DNA of 64,000 nt, from assembly GCA_014239255.1 (NCBI GenBank), contig JAAZZE010000001.1, positions 26,414-90,413 on the forward strand, written 5' to 3'. This document shows, one piece after another, positions 22,775 through 32,406 of the stretch (within the stretch, counting starts at the first letter, position 1; each line of letters starts with the position of its first letter). The notes under the pieces are model-generated. The model saw only the letters and a program-made list of their open reading frames with translations, was not told where the DNA came from and did no database searches. This DNA comes from Gammaproteobacteria bacterium. GTDB taxonomy: Bacteria > Pseudomonadota > Gammaproteobacteria > Arenicellales > UBA868. A program made the position numbers and the translations under genes.

Positions 22775-24403
22775 TTAGCCCAGTTTCATGTTGTCGATGC
22801 CGACAATCTTGTCGTAGACCCAATACAGCACCATGATCCCGGCCAGAAGGATCGTGCCCATAGCTGCAGCAAGCCCCCAGTTCAAGGATTTTTGCATATG
22901 GTATGCCACCATGTTGCCAATGAGTCGACCATCCTTGCCGCCAACCAGTTCGGGAGTGATGTAGTACCCGATAGCCACAATAAATACGAGTATTACCCCA
23001 GCGCCAATGCCGGGAAGAGTCTGCGGCATATAGACCCGCAAAAAGGCCAGCGATGGCGGGGCACCCAGGTTCTGGGCGGCTTTCATGTAACTCGGCGGGA
23101 TAGTTTTCATGACACTGTATATCGGCAGAATCATGAACGGTAGCAGAATCTGGATCATCACGATCACGGTGCCGGTAAAGTTGTACATCATCGGTAGGCG
23201 GTTTTCATCGGGAAGGCCCAGCATCACCAGGGTGTCGTTGACTACCCCCTCCTGTTGCAGCATGACCATCCACGCGACAATGCGCACCAGCAGTGAAGTC
23301 CAGAACGGCATCAGCACGCAGATCATTAGGATGTTGGAATATTTCAATGGTAGCGTTGCCAGCAGGTGGGATACCGGGTAGGCCAGCATCAGGCAGCCGA
23401 CAGTGACGATCAGGCTGACCAGAAAAGTTCGCCACCAGAGCATCGTATAGACGCGACGCTCTTTAGGTTGCATTACGATATTGGAATCCTTATCCCATTT
23501 GCGATCTACCGCATTGAGGTAATAACCAGTTGTCTGCGGGTGTTGCATGGGAACCAGAGCTTGCCAGAAAGCGACGTCGCCCCAACGCTTGTCTGCCTTG
23601 ATCATTGCCTCCCGGTACGGTGGCTGATCGAGGTTTTTCAGTTTGCGGCTGGATTTTTTTATCAGGCTTTTAAAGCCTGGCCGCTCATAGTTCATCCGGG
23701 TGCTGGATTTACCTACAAGAAATTTATTTGCTGAAGACAGATCTTTGTAAAGCGCCTTAAATAACGCTTCTCCCGGTTCACTGACACCATCCCACTGGAG
23801 CAGTGTCTTATAAAGGTTGGAGCAGGTTGCGTTTGTCAGCGGCGTCAGGTAAGCACAGATATCGAAATGGGCGCGCCTCGCATGATTCTTTTTTTCTCTT
23901 GCGGTACCTTCGAAATCTTCTCCAGCGAGGGCAATTTCATATATAGGTATCCAGGTATCGACCGATTGCCAGCGAGAATCGATCCGAATAATAGGATCAC
24001 GGTAAGGACCCTTTTTCGGAATCTGAATTTTCCAGCTTGGATTCTCGGGGTCAACTTCATTCGCAAAATTGTCGGCGATAAGGTATTTATTGAGGCTCGA
24101 AAGGTCCAGGTACATTGCCTCAAACAAGGTTTCATCTGGCAATTGCTTGCGGTCCCACCGCTCAAGCATCGCGAAGGTTAAAGGCAACTGATGGTTGATA
24201 ATCGTATCGTCGGTACTGCGTGTAAGCAGATTACCAATGGGCAGGAGAAAAAGGCCCAGTAGGAAAATGAGTGGAGGCGCTACCAAGGCGATTGCTCGCC
24301 ACTTGCTGCGGCGCATCGAGCGCTGCAAGCTGGTTTTAAGAGGTATACCGTCGGCTGTCAGCAGAGGCTGGGCCGACGCCGGGTGACTATTTGACATTGA
24401 CAT
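22775..24403 (-). CDS. polyamine-type ABC permease (PotB-like) with an enlarged, internally duplicated periplasmic domain
   Basis: LMPFWTSLLVR, LLPFMILPIYS, GYYITPELVGG in the C-terminal half; about 250-aa soluble insert after TM1. Confidence 0.9.
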   Translation of the reverse strand: MSMSNSHPASAQPLLTADGIPLKTSLQRSMRRSKWRAIALVAPPLIFLLGLFLLPIGNLLTRSTDDTIINHQLPLTFAMLERWDRKQLPDETLFEAMYLDLSSLNKYLIADNFANEVDPENPSWKIQIPKKGPYRDPIIRIDSRWQSVDTWIPIYEIALAGEDFEGTAREKKNHARRAHFDICAYLTPLTNATCSNLYKTLLQWDGVSEPGEALFKALYKDLSSANKFLVGKSSTRMNYERPGFKSLIKKSSRKLKNLDQPPYREAMIKADKRWGDVAFWQALVPMQHPQTTGYYLNAVDRKWDKDSNIVMQPKERRVYTMLWWRTFLVSLIVTVGCLMLAYPVSHLLATLPLKYSNILMICVLMPFWTSLLVRIVAWMVMLQQEGVVNDTLVMLGLPDENRLPMMYNFTGTVIVMIQILLPFMILPIYSVMKTIPPSYMKAAQNLGAPPSLAFLRVYMPQTLPGIGAGVILVFIVAIGYYITPELVGGKDGRLIGNMVAYHMQKSLNWGLAAAMGTILLAGIMVLYWVYDKIVGIDNMKLG

Positions 24404-24445
24404 GGACCGGCGAGTAAGGCCCGACAATCACAGCCGGGGAGTGAC

Positions 24446-24480
24446 AGAAAAGGGGTCAGCCGACTGACCGACCCCTTTCT
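24446..24480 (-). terminator. terminator-like or mRNA-stabilising hairpin after the polyamine binding-protein gene
   Basis: Minus strand GGGGTCGGTC-AGTC-GGCTGACCCC followed by TTTT. Confidence 0.7.
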
Positions 24481-24511
24481 GTATTAACAACTAACTATCC
24501 GGAGTGGACCC

Positions 24512-25615
24512 TTACTGACCCATCCAAGCAGTGAAGCGCTCGGAGATAGAATCTCCGTTATCTGCCCACCAGCTTGGGTTGGCAAACAGGTGCATCTGGC
24601 TTAAAGCTGCGGGGGCATTAGGCATCAGCGGCATGATGTTCACGCCGGTGTTGAACCAAGGCTCACCAGCTTGGATGAGATCGATGCCTGAGGCGCGCAT
24701 CGGCGCATAGGTGATCCACTTAGCTTGGCCCGCCTGCTGCTCTGGGGCACTCGCATGAATCAGGAACTTGAGTGCTTCGTCAGCGTTCGGTGTGCCTTTG
24801 AGCATGGCCAGCCATTCCTCTTCAAGAACCTGTCCATCCCAGTTGATTACAAAGGGCGCACCCTCTGAAAGCATGGCTGCACCGATACGACCGTTGTAGG
24901 CCAGCGCCATGGAGACTTCGCCACTGGTAACAAGTTCAAGCGGTTTGGCGCCTGAAGACCAGAATACGGCGTGATCCTTGATAGTGTCGAGTTTGGCAAA
25001 AGCCCGATCCATGCCTTCAGCCGTGTCTAATACAGAATAGACATCGCCGGGTGCCACGCCGTCGGCCATCAGTGCCATTTCAACCAGCGCGTTGCCCCAA
25101 GTATGAATTCCGCGTTTACCGGGGAAGTTCGCGACATCAAAAAAGTCGGCAATAGTCTTGGGATTGCCAGCGGCGTTACCATCAAAGGCGCCTTCCTGAT
25201 AGAAGGGGACATAAGACCAGAAGATCTGCGGCACTACGCAGTCATTCGGTACCTCGACCATGATGTCATCATCCATCGAACTGCCGTCGGGCGCTTTGGT
25301 GAAGACATCACGGGGCAGTTCCTCAAAGAGGCCTTCATCACAGCCGACGCGAGCTTCATGTGGCAGGACATCAACGATGTCCCACGTAACATTGCCCGAT
25401 TCGACCTGGGTGCGTACTTCGCCAAGGCCGCCGTTATAGTTTACAAAGTTGGCGGTGCCCTCGGACCAGGTATCTGCGTAGGCCTTCTGTTGGCTCATGG
25501 TATAAGCGCCGCCCCATGAGGCGACTGTGACATCGGCGTGCGCAGGTGCGGCCAGGGCCGCCCCAATCACCGCCGAAGCCAGGGTGGTTGCTAAGAGATG
25601 CTTACTCATTCTCAT
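24512..25615 (-). CDS. polyamine/opine-type ABC substrate-binding protein (PotD/PotF superfamily)
   Basis: Signal peptide, SWGGAY..SQ, QVESGNVTWDIVD, DFFDVANFPGKRG, NGRI. Confidence 0.9.
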   Translation of the reverse strand: MRMSKHLLATTLASAVIGAALAAPAHADVTVASWGGAYTMSQQKAYADTWSEGTANFVNYNGGLGEVRTQVESGNVTWDIVDVLPHEARVGCDEGLFEELPRDVFTKAPDGSSMDDDIMVEVPNDCVVPQIFWSYVPFYQEGAFDGNAAGNPKTIADFFDVANFPGKRGIHTWGNALVEMALMADGVAPGDVYSVLDTAEGMDRAFAKLDTIKDHAVFWSSGAKPLELVTSGEVSMALAYNGRIGAAMLSEGAPFVINWDGQVLEEEWLAMLKGTPNADEALKFLIHASAPEQQAGQAKWITYAPMRASGIDLIQAGEPWFNTGVNIMPLMPNAPAALSQMHLFANPSWWADNGDSISERFTAWMGQ

Positions 25616-25679
25616 TCCTCCGCTATCGGTTGGTTGTCGTCATCAAAATGACGTTAAAAAACATGTCGTCTCGGCCAAC

Positions 25680-26783
25680 TCAGTTAGTTGCCTCGACGAC
25701 ATCAAGTGCCCGGCAGTCTTCCATAGACCAGCCGAACTTGACTATGTCTCCCTCGTTTAGCGCCGCATGGTGCGACGCATTGGGGATTTTAACAATAAAA
25801 TCACTATGTCCGCAGACCGAAGCACGGGTACGGATATGATCACCCAGGTAGATCAATTCCTCTACTTTGGCCTCGAACAAGTTGGGAAATTTTCCAGGTT
25901 CGGGATTTACTTCAACTCGCTCCGGCCGCAGTGAAAGTGTGGCCCGATCGCCTACAGCGTCAACATTGACTTTGAACGCCTTAATGTACTCGCCGTTGTC
26001 GAGCTCGACCTGGCAGTGATCTCCCTCGATGCTGCGTACATACCCGATCAGTCGGTTATTCTCGCCAATAAATTGTGCGACAAATGCGTTTTCAGGCCGT
26101 TCATACAGGTCGCTGGGTGTCGCCAGTTGCTGGATGACGCCATCATCGAAGACGGCGATACGGTTCGACATAGTCAGCGCCTCCGACTGGTCGTGGGTTA
26201 CGTAGACGACTGTTACACCGAGGTTTTCATGAATATGTTTAATTTCGTACTGCATCTGCTCGCGCAGCTGCTTGTCGAGCGCGCCCAGTGGTTCGTCCAT
26301 AAGCACAAGGTCAGGATCAAACACCAGAGCCCGGGCAACGGCTACCCGCTGCTGTTGACCCCCGGAGAGTTGGGCCGGGCGACGGTTGCCAAATGCGCCG
26401 AGTTGTACCATGTCGAGAGCGCGCTTGGTCCGTGACTCAATCTCCGACTTGTTGAGTTTGCGGACCTCAAGCGGAAAGGCGAGGTTCTCATTGACCGTCA
26501 TATGGGGAAAGAGAGCATAGTTCTGAAAAACCATGCCGATTCCGCGTTTATGGGGTGGTACTGCGTTGATCGGCTGGTTACCCAGATAAATCTCACCATG
26601 AGTGGCCGGTTCAAAGCCCGCCAACATCATCAGGCAGGTTGTTTTGCCAGAGCCAGAGGGCCCGAGCATAGTTATGAATTCCCCCTGTTTGATGTCCAGA
26701 TTCAGGTTTTTAACGACAAGGGTTTCGCCGTCATAACTTTTCTGCACTTTTATAAAGCGGACAAAGAAATCCTGATCACTCAT
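25680..26783 (-). CDS. polyamine ABC ATPase (PotA-like)
   Basis: [38 protein letters not shown]-terminal TOBE domain. Confidence 0.93.
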   Translation of the reverse strand: MSDQDFFVRFIKVQKSYDGETLVVKNLNLDIKQGEFITMLGPSGSGKTTCLMMLAGFEPATHGEIYLGNQPINAVPPHKRGIGMVFQNYALFPHMTVNENLAFPLEVRKLNKSEIESRTKRALDMVQLGAFGNRRPAQLSGGQQQRVAVARALVFDPDLVLMDEPLGALDKQLREQMQYEIKHIHENLGVTVVYVTHDQSEALTMSNRIAVFDDGVIQQLATPSDLYERPENAFVAQFIGENNRLIGYVRSIEGDHCQVELDNGEYIKAFKVNVDAVGDRATLSLRPERVEVNPEPGKFPNLFEAKVEELIYLGDHIRTRASVCGHSDFIVKIPNASHHAALNEGDIVKFGWSMEDCRALDVVEATN

Positions 26784-27061
26784 TTGCGAGATTTTTCCTT
26801 CCTAACTATAGTCACGACAGATTACGACAGTCTGGTATTATGTTTCGAGTAACCATTGTAGACATCCCAGTTTAGTAGGGTTTGCGGAGATTCTCAAGGT
26901 TTTGTCCACTTTGATTGTGTGGTTTTATGCAGGTTAGCACTAAATCAAGTGGATAGTTTTATAAAAGGTTCTGAATAGGACTATCAGCCGCTCAGTTTTC
27001 GCGCTGTTACCAATAATCGAATTACGGAGCTAGATCGGTGCGGCAATTTGATAACTAGGAT

Positions 27062-28024
27062 ATGGGGTCGGCCAAGATCATGTTGACACAAGACAACCCC
27101 GTGATGCTGCTAAAAACGGATGCGCGTGATCAGGAATGGATCAGTGCTTTTACTGCTGCGATGCCAGAGCTTGAGGTGCGTGTGTGGCCGCAGGTGGGGG
27201 ATCTTAAGGAAATAAATTGCGCTTTACTGTGGGGTCCACCAGCAGAACTTTTTAACGGCCTGGAGAACCTCGAGGTGATTTTCTCGATCGGAGCGGGTGT
27301 CGATTCATTGCTCGCCTGTTCAGCGTTGCCGGCCAAGGTACCGATTGTGCGCATGGTCGAGCCAGAACTCACGGCAGGCATGGTGGAGTTCTGTCTATTT
27401 CAGGTTTTAAGGTTTCACCGCCTGATGCACTGTTATGAGCGCCAGAGGGCTCAATGCGTCTGGAAAGAGTTGCCTCAGTTACCGGCGCGAGATACAACGG
27501 TGGGGGTCATGGGAATGGGAGTGCTTGGCCTGGCTTTAGCGAAACAGCTCCAATCGCTTAACTACAATGTGATTGGTTACCGTAGGCAATCAAAACCTAA
27601 CGACGCGATAGAGATGTTTTATGGTGAGGGGCAGGTAGAGGCATTTCTGCGCCAGACAATGATACTCGTGATGTTGCTTCCAGCGACTGAGCAGACCCGG
27701 CAGATTATTAACCGGGAGACGCTTGCAATGTTGCCGCCCAAGGCGTGCCTGGTTAACGCTGGTCGTGGCGAATCAGTCAACGAGCAGGACCTTCTTTCGG
27801 CACTCGACAGCGGTCAACTGCAGGCCGCAGCGCTGGATGTGTTTAGTCAAGAGCCGCTGCCAGCCGAGCATCCCTTCTGGTCGCATCCCGGTATTTTTCT
27901 AACCCCACATATCGCCAGTATTACTCACCCACCAACAGCCTGTCGCTATGTCGCCGATGCGCTTCGGGCTTACCGTGCGGGAGAGGCCTGGCCTAATCTT
28001 GTCGAAACAGGATCAGGATATTAA
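27062..28024 (+). CDS. ghrA: glyoxylate/hydroxypyruvate reductase A-like D-2-hydroxyacid dehydrogenase
   Basis: GAGVD, GVMGMGVLG, NAGRG, ALDVF..EPLP..HPFW.HP, TPHIAS. Confidence 0.82.
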   Translation: MGSAKIMLTQDNPVMLLKTDARDQEWISAFTAAMPELEVRVWPQVGDLKEINCALLWGPPAELFNGLENLEVIFSIGAGVDSLLACSALPAKVPIVRMVEPELTAGMVEFCLFQVLRFHRLMHCYERQRAQCVWKELPQLPARDTTVGVMGMGVLGLALAKQLQSLNYNVIGYRRQSKPNDAIEMFYGEGQVEAFLRQTMILVMLLPATEQTRQIINRETLAMLPPKACLVNAGRGESVNEQDLLSALDSGQLQAAALDVFSQEPLPAEHPFWSHPGIFLTPHIASITHPPTACRYVADALRAYRAGEAWPNLVETGSGY

Positions 28025-28119
28025 AGGCTATTCAGGTAGCCGCTGCGAGTACGTTCTGGCCTGGGTACAAAAGATGGAAGTGATAACACCTTGTTAAAAT
28101 AGTTGCCGATAAGACGGGG

Positions 28120-29343
28120 TCACGCGCCTGATACCTGTTTGGCTGTTTTTGACTCAGGTTCGGCAGCGATTTTTCGTTGGGTCATTACAGGGATCTGCTG
28201 TTGCAGGATGATTCGCCATTGTTGGTTATCTTCCTTGACCCAGTACTGCTCCACGATATCTGTTTTTCCTGACCCCTTGAATTTTGTTGCCCGGGTGACC
28301 AGTTGCGTCTTGGGCCCGGGGTAGACAAAGATTTCGGTGAATTCAAAGTCACTAGGCTTGGGGAGTGCCTCTTGCAGATCATGGCGAGGGGTTTGGGTGA
28401 TATCCACAGCAATAGCCGTCACGGAAGGCTGGACCTGCTGTTGTGAATCTATTTGAGAACCGCCGTGAATGATGGCGAGAAGGTTTGTACGGAGGCGTTG
28501 CAGTTCTACTGGGGAAATCCAGTCCGGCGTGTCGTCGATAATGATCGGTAACTGGTCGGCGGTTCCAAGCAAGCGGTAAAGATTCCCAAAATCAGCATTA
28601 CTTAATGTAATGCAGCCTTCGCTGGCACGGGGCCCGCGGTTAATCCAGCCAGGCTCAGTCCCGTGGAGCCAAATCCCGTAACCTGTTCTGCGCATTTGTT
28701 GATCGAGAGGGTTGGGATAATTGGTGGTCAGTGCGCCAGATCCGTAGCGGGCCTCGAGTTGACTTCCGGGAATATAGCCATTGATCCGGTAGACGCCTAC
28801 CGGGGTCTTTAGATCCCCCTCACGTTCTTTGCCGTAACCTTGCCGGCCAACTGTGACGTAAAAATCAGCCAATCGTTGTAACTCACCATGGATCTGTCGA
28901 AAAACATGGAGTCGCGCTGCGGGAAGATCAACGTAAAGGACTGCTGCGTTTTCCGAAGAGACTTTGACCAGCTTCGCCGGAACCCGGTTGGTCTTGGTCT
29001 CACGAATCCCAATGGCATGTTGCCATCGAAGACGCAGTTGCTCGCGAAGCTCTTGAGCATGAGTCTCTGATGAACGATTACTCAGTTCAGGCAGTGAGCG
29101 TGCTCGCCCGGCAAGGGCAAACAGCAGATCAGAACGCAACAGGTGTCCAACGCGACTATCGGGGTAATCCTGAGTTAGAGCGTTTAATGCCTTAAGTCCG
29201 ACAGACCATTGTCCGGCGACAATATTCGCCGTGGCGCGAAGCAGGCGGGATTCATACTCATCAGAGGTTACCCCGGCCAGTGCCATGGTGGGTGGTATCG
29301 TGATAACAAGCGCAAGCAGCAGGCGACGGGAAAAGCGCTTCAT
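28120..29343 (-). CDS. L,D-transpeptidase (YkuD)-domain exported protein
   Basis: Signal peptide from ATG 29343, GKEREGDLKTPVGVY, NYPN, catalytic GIWLHGT...SEGCITL. Confidence 0.88.
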   Translation of the reverse strand: MKRFSRRLLLALVITIPPTMALAGVTSDEYESRLLRATANIVAGQWSVGLKALNALTQDYPDSRVGHLLRSDLLFALAGRARSLPELSNRSSETHAQELREQLRLRWQHAIGIRETKTNRVPAKLVKVSSENAAVLYVDLPAARLHVFRQIHGELQRLADFYVTVGRQGYGKEREGDLKTPVGVYRINGYIPGSQLEARYGSGALTTNYPNPLDQQMRRTGYGIWLHGTEPGWINRGPRASEGCITLSNADFGNLYRLLGTADQLPIIIDDTPDWISPVELQRLRTNLLAIIHGGSQIDSQQQVQPSVTAIAVDITQTPRHDLQEALPKPSDFEFTEIFVYPGPKTQLVTRATKFKGSGKTDIVEQYWVKEDNQQWRIILQQQIPVMTQRKIAAEPESKTAKQVSGA

Positions 29344-29437
29344 GAGGGTCCTTCGCGTCGGGTTTCGGGGATCCGGCAGGGCGCAAGTGTACCCGTTGGT
29401 TCCCAGCTTTCCAAACAAGGGCCAGTTCCCCTGCTAA

Positions 29438-30040
29438 CTAAGGGGTTGCGATCGGTAATCGTGCGCTGGAAAGCTCCCCCAGCGTAGTCAAGGGCTCTTT
29501 CTTATTCGCTTGCGAATCTTCTGGGTTCATCGCATGACGATAGGCGCGGGCGGCCTGTTCGGCGTAGACCTGGGAAAGATTATCAAACAGAACACGATAA
29601 GAGGGGTCAGTATATAAACCAGCGCGCAACAATGCTGCGGCTTGTTCCAGCTTGCCCTGAAGGCTATAAAGTCTTGCAAGATTATTGTAGGGTTCTGGAC
29701 GCCCTGGATAACGGGTGATTAGCTCGCGGTAAGCCTGTTCGGCCTCTTGATGTCGTCCGCTAGAGGCAAGTACATCAGCGCGCGCAAACAGTAGTTCGGT
29801 CGGGCTATCTGTCGTCTTCGTAATAGTGGTGGTGATCAGAGCCAGCGCTTCATCATAGCGCTGGGAGTTGAGTAAGGCTTGTATTTGCTCAAATTCTGAA
29901 GCGGGTACTGCTGTTCCCGGCAGGGTGCCACCTGCAGCGATAGCAATCAAGGCGGGAAGCCAGCGCCTCGTTTGTTGCCGAAGATTCTGTAGAGAACCTG
30001 GTGTCCGCGCTCTAACGGGTCGCTTCAAGGCGAATCGCAT
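29438..30040 (-). CDS. exported TPR protein
   Basis: Hydrophobic N-terminal segment, TPR helices, YPGRPEPYNNLARLY, NLSQVY; start uncertain. Confidence 0.82.
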   Translation of the reverse strand: MRFALKRPVRARTPGSLQNLRQQTRRWLPALIAIAAGGTLPGTAVPASEFEQIQALLNSQRYDEALALITTTITKTTDSPTELLFARADVLASSGRHQEAEQAYRELITRYPGRPEPYNNLARLYSLQGKLEQAAALLRAGLYTDPSYRVLFDNLSQVYAEQAARAYRHAMNPEDSQANKKEPLTTLGELSSARLPIATP

Positions 30041-31628
30041 CCCACCGGGCCTGCCAGTCCGGGGTAATAGCTCCTGGAGTCGTCAGCTGGTCTTGTTTAA
30101 TCCACCCCGCAACTGAGTTCAGTACCCGTAGACGGCTCCAGTCACCCTTGCGACTGATAACTTCGACTGCAGTCCCCTTGTCGAGTAATCCCAGTACGTC
30201 TGAGTCCGGTCCGGTTGATGGTAGGGAGCGAATTCGCACCCGGTCGTCGTTAATGTGAGCCTGCCCGCCGCTTTCTTTGACGAATTTGCCATAGACCCAC
30301 ACGTCCAGCCCCATAGGGCTCTTTATCATCATCCAACCGTTCTTGCTGCCTATCACTTTGACTGTTATGCCTTTGTCCAAAAGACTGACTATGGGAGCAC
30401 CCGCATCCGGCCGCCCAACAACCGGGGCATTGTCAGTAGTGACCCAGGCAGTTTTGAATGGTGCAACCACGACTTCAGTAGGCGTCGATACGGCAGTAGA
30501 CCGGCCAGTTTGGCCTGGGTTTGCCAGGGCATCAAAGGCATCCAACCAGTCTTGGGTAACTGGTTTTTGCACCACAAGGCCGGATTGCTGTACCCAGTTC
30601 TGTAACAGGTACCCCACGCTAATTTGTTTCCAGTCGCCAGATTGGGCATGCACCGTAACCGTCGTACCTTTTTCGAGATGCAGAACTACTGATGAGTCGG
30701 CGCCGGTTGTAGGATGCGTGCGTACCCGGACACGGTTTGCAGTAATGCGACCACCGGGCTGACCCGCGACATATTTTCCAAAAACCCAGACCTTGGTTGG
30801 CGAAGGCAGTTCCAGTCGAGCCCAAGAACCGTTGTGCTGGATGATCTTGATCGGGCTTCCTTGTCTTAGTTTGCGGGTAGCAGGGGCTGACAGATTTGGC
30901 TGGGCACGGACGGTGAGGTGACTGCTTTGAACATGTGCTGCTGTGAAGTTGGTATTGACGATTTTGTTCGAAGCAGTAGGCGCTGTTGTCTTCGCAGGGG
31001 ACAAAGACTCCTGTTGTGCAGTTTCGGAACGAGTGTCGACAGAAGCTTTTGGTTTTGCTGGGGTGGCGGGCTGATCGTTTTTCACAGCGGGGTTGTTCTT
31101 GTCGATAATACCCAGTACGCGTCTGGCGTCGGCGTGCTGCTGTTCGGCAGATCTGCTCAGCCAGTCACGTGCCTTACTGATATCGCGCTCAGCGCCTTTG
31201 CCAAGGTAATACGCCAACCCGAGGTTGTATTGCGAGGTGATATCTCCCAGTTCCGCTGCACGTTCCCACCAGTCGACTGCCTGGGAGAAATTCTGCTTAA
31301 CCCCTCGACCTTCCCAGTAGGCGACTCCAAGATTAAACATCGCTGTTGGATGTCCGGAATCTGCGGCTTTGCGAAACCAGGCGATCGCCTGGTCCAGATC
31401 CCGGCTGGCGCCTTTACCTTCATAGAAAGCGACACCCATGGAGTATTGAGCTTCCCGGTTGCCCTGTCGGGCGTGCGGCTCCCACAACGATACTGCCTTG
31501 GCATAGTCACCTGAGTTGTATGCGGCCACTGCCCGTTTCAGGTCTTCATTTTGAGCCTGCACCATAGAGCTGGCCGCAAGTAGAAGGGCCAAAAAGGCGA
31601 TTAATTTGATGTATCGGAAAAATCTCAT
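30012..31628 (-). CDS. exported Sel1-repeat protein with four SH3b-like domains
   Basis: Signal peptide; AQYSMGVAFYEGKG, AMFNLGVAYWEGRG, SQYNLGLAYYLGKG; SH3-like VRVRTHPT...GDW and VRIRSLPS...KGDW. Confidence 0.85.
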   Translation of the reverse strand: MRFFRYIKLIAFLALLLAASSMVQAQNEDLKRAVAAYNSGDYAKAVSLWEPHARQGNREAQYSMGVAFYEGKGASRDLDQAIAWFRKAADSGHPTAMFNLGVAYWEGRGVKQNFSQAVDWWERAAELGDITSQYNLGLAYYLGKGAERDISKARDWLSRSAEQQHADARRVLGIIDKNNPAVKNDQPATPAKPKASVDTRSETAQQESLSPAKTTAPTASNKIVNTNFTAAHVQSSHLTVRAQPNLSAPATRKLRQGSPIKIIQHNGSWARLELPSPTKVWVFGKYVAGQPGGRITANRVRVRTHPTTGADSSVVLHLEKGTTVTVHAQSGDWKQISVGYLLQNWVQQSGLVVQKPVTQDWLDAFDALANPGQTGRSTAVSTPTEVVVAPFKTAWVTTDNAPVVGRPDAGAPIVSLLDKGITVKVIGSKNGWMMIKSPMGLDVWVYGKFVKESGGQAHINDDRVRIRSLPSTGPDSDVLGLLDKGTAVEVISRKGDWSRLRVLNSVAGWIKQDQLTTPGAITPDWQARWDAIRLEATR

Positions 31629-31652
31629 TTGCCTGTAACTGCTTTCAATATC

Positions 31653-32255
31653 TTATACCTGCGTGGCGTGAATGATCTCCTGTGACCCATGCCAGATCAT
31701 AGTAACGGCCACATAGAGTATTACCACAAGCCCAATGTACGCAATCCAGCGGTGGCGCTCAAGTAGGCGAGCCACCACGGTCGCGGCAAAAGCCATCAGG
31801 CCAACCGATAGCGTAAGGCCAATGACTAATATCAATGTATGATCGCGAGCGATCCCGGCAACTGCCAGGACATTGTCCAAAGACATAGAGACATCTGCCA
31901 GGATGATCTGGCAAACCGCATGTTTCATCGATTTGGGATCTGGTCTGGCGGCGGATTCTGTATCGGATTCAGACTGTTCAGCCATCCGAAGTTCTCGCCA
32001 CAGTTTCCAGCAAACCCACAGCAATAACAGTCCACCTGCCAGCACCAAACCAATAATTTGCAACAGTTGTACGGTAACCAGAGCGAAGCCGATTCTGAGG
32101 ATGGCTGCGGCTGCGATGCCAATCAGGATCACCCGAGGCCGTAGTTGCGCTGGAACGGTGGCAGCGACCAGGCCGATAACAATTGCATTGTCGCCGGCCA
32201 GGACTAAATCAACCAGGATAACCTGTAACAATGGCCACAACTGCTCTACTGTCAT
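31653..32255 (-). CDS. TerC/YjbE-family membrane protein
   Basis: DLVLAGDNAIVIG and ADVSMSLDNVLAVAG. Confidence 0.92.
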   Translation of the reverse strand: MTVEQLWPLLQVILVDLVLAGDNAIVIGLVAATVPAQLRPRVILIGIAAAAILRIGFALVTVQLLQIIGLVLAGGLLLLWVCWKLWRELRMAEQSESDTESAARPDPKSMKHAVCQIILADVSMSLDNVLAVAGIARDHTLILVIGLTLSVGLMAFAATVVARLLERHRWIAYIGLVVILYVAVTMIWHGSQEIIHATQV

Positions 32256-32406
32256 GAGATCTAAGGGGTGTTGGTTAAAAAAGCGCATCTGCTTATGCGC
32301 TGGGATGGTATGGAGCTATTATACGTTTGTCCGGGTAGCTGTAGGATGAACTATGGGCTTGCCGATATGGATTAACCATCAGAAATAAGGAAATAGCACA
32401 GTAGCA

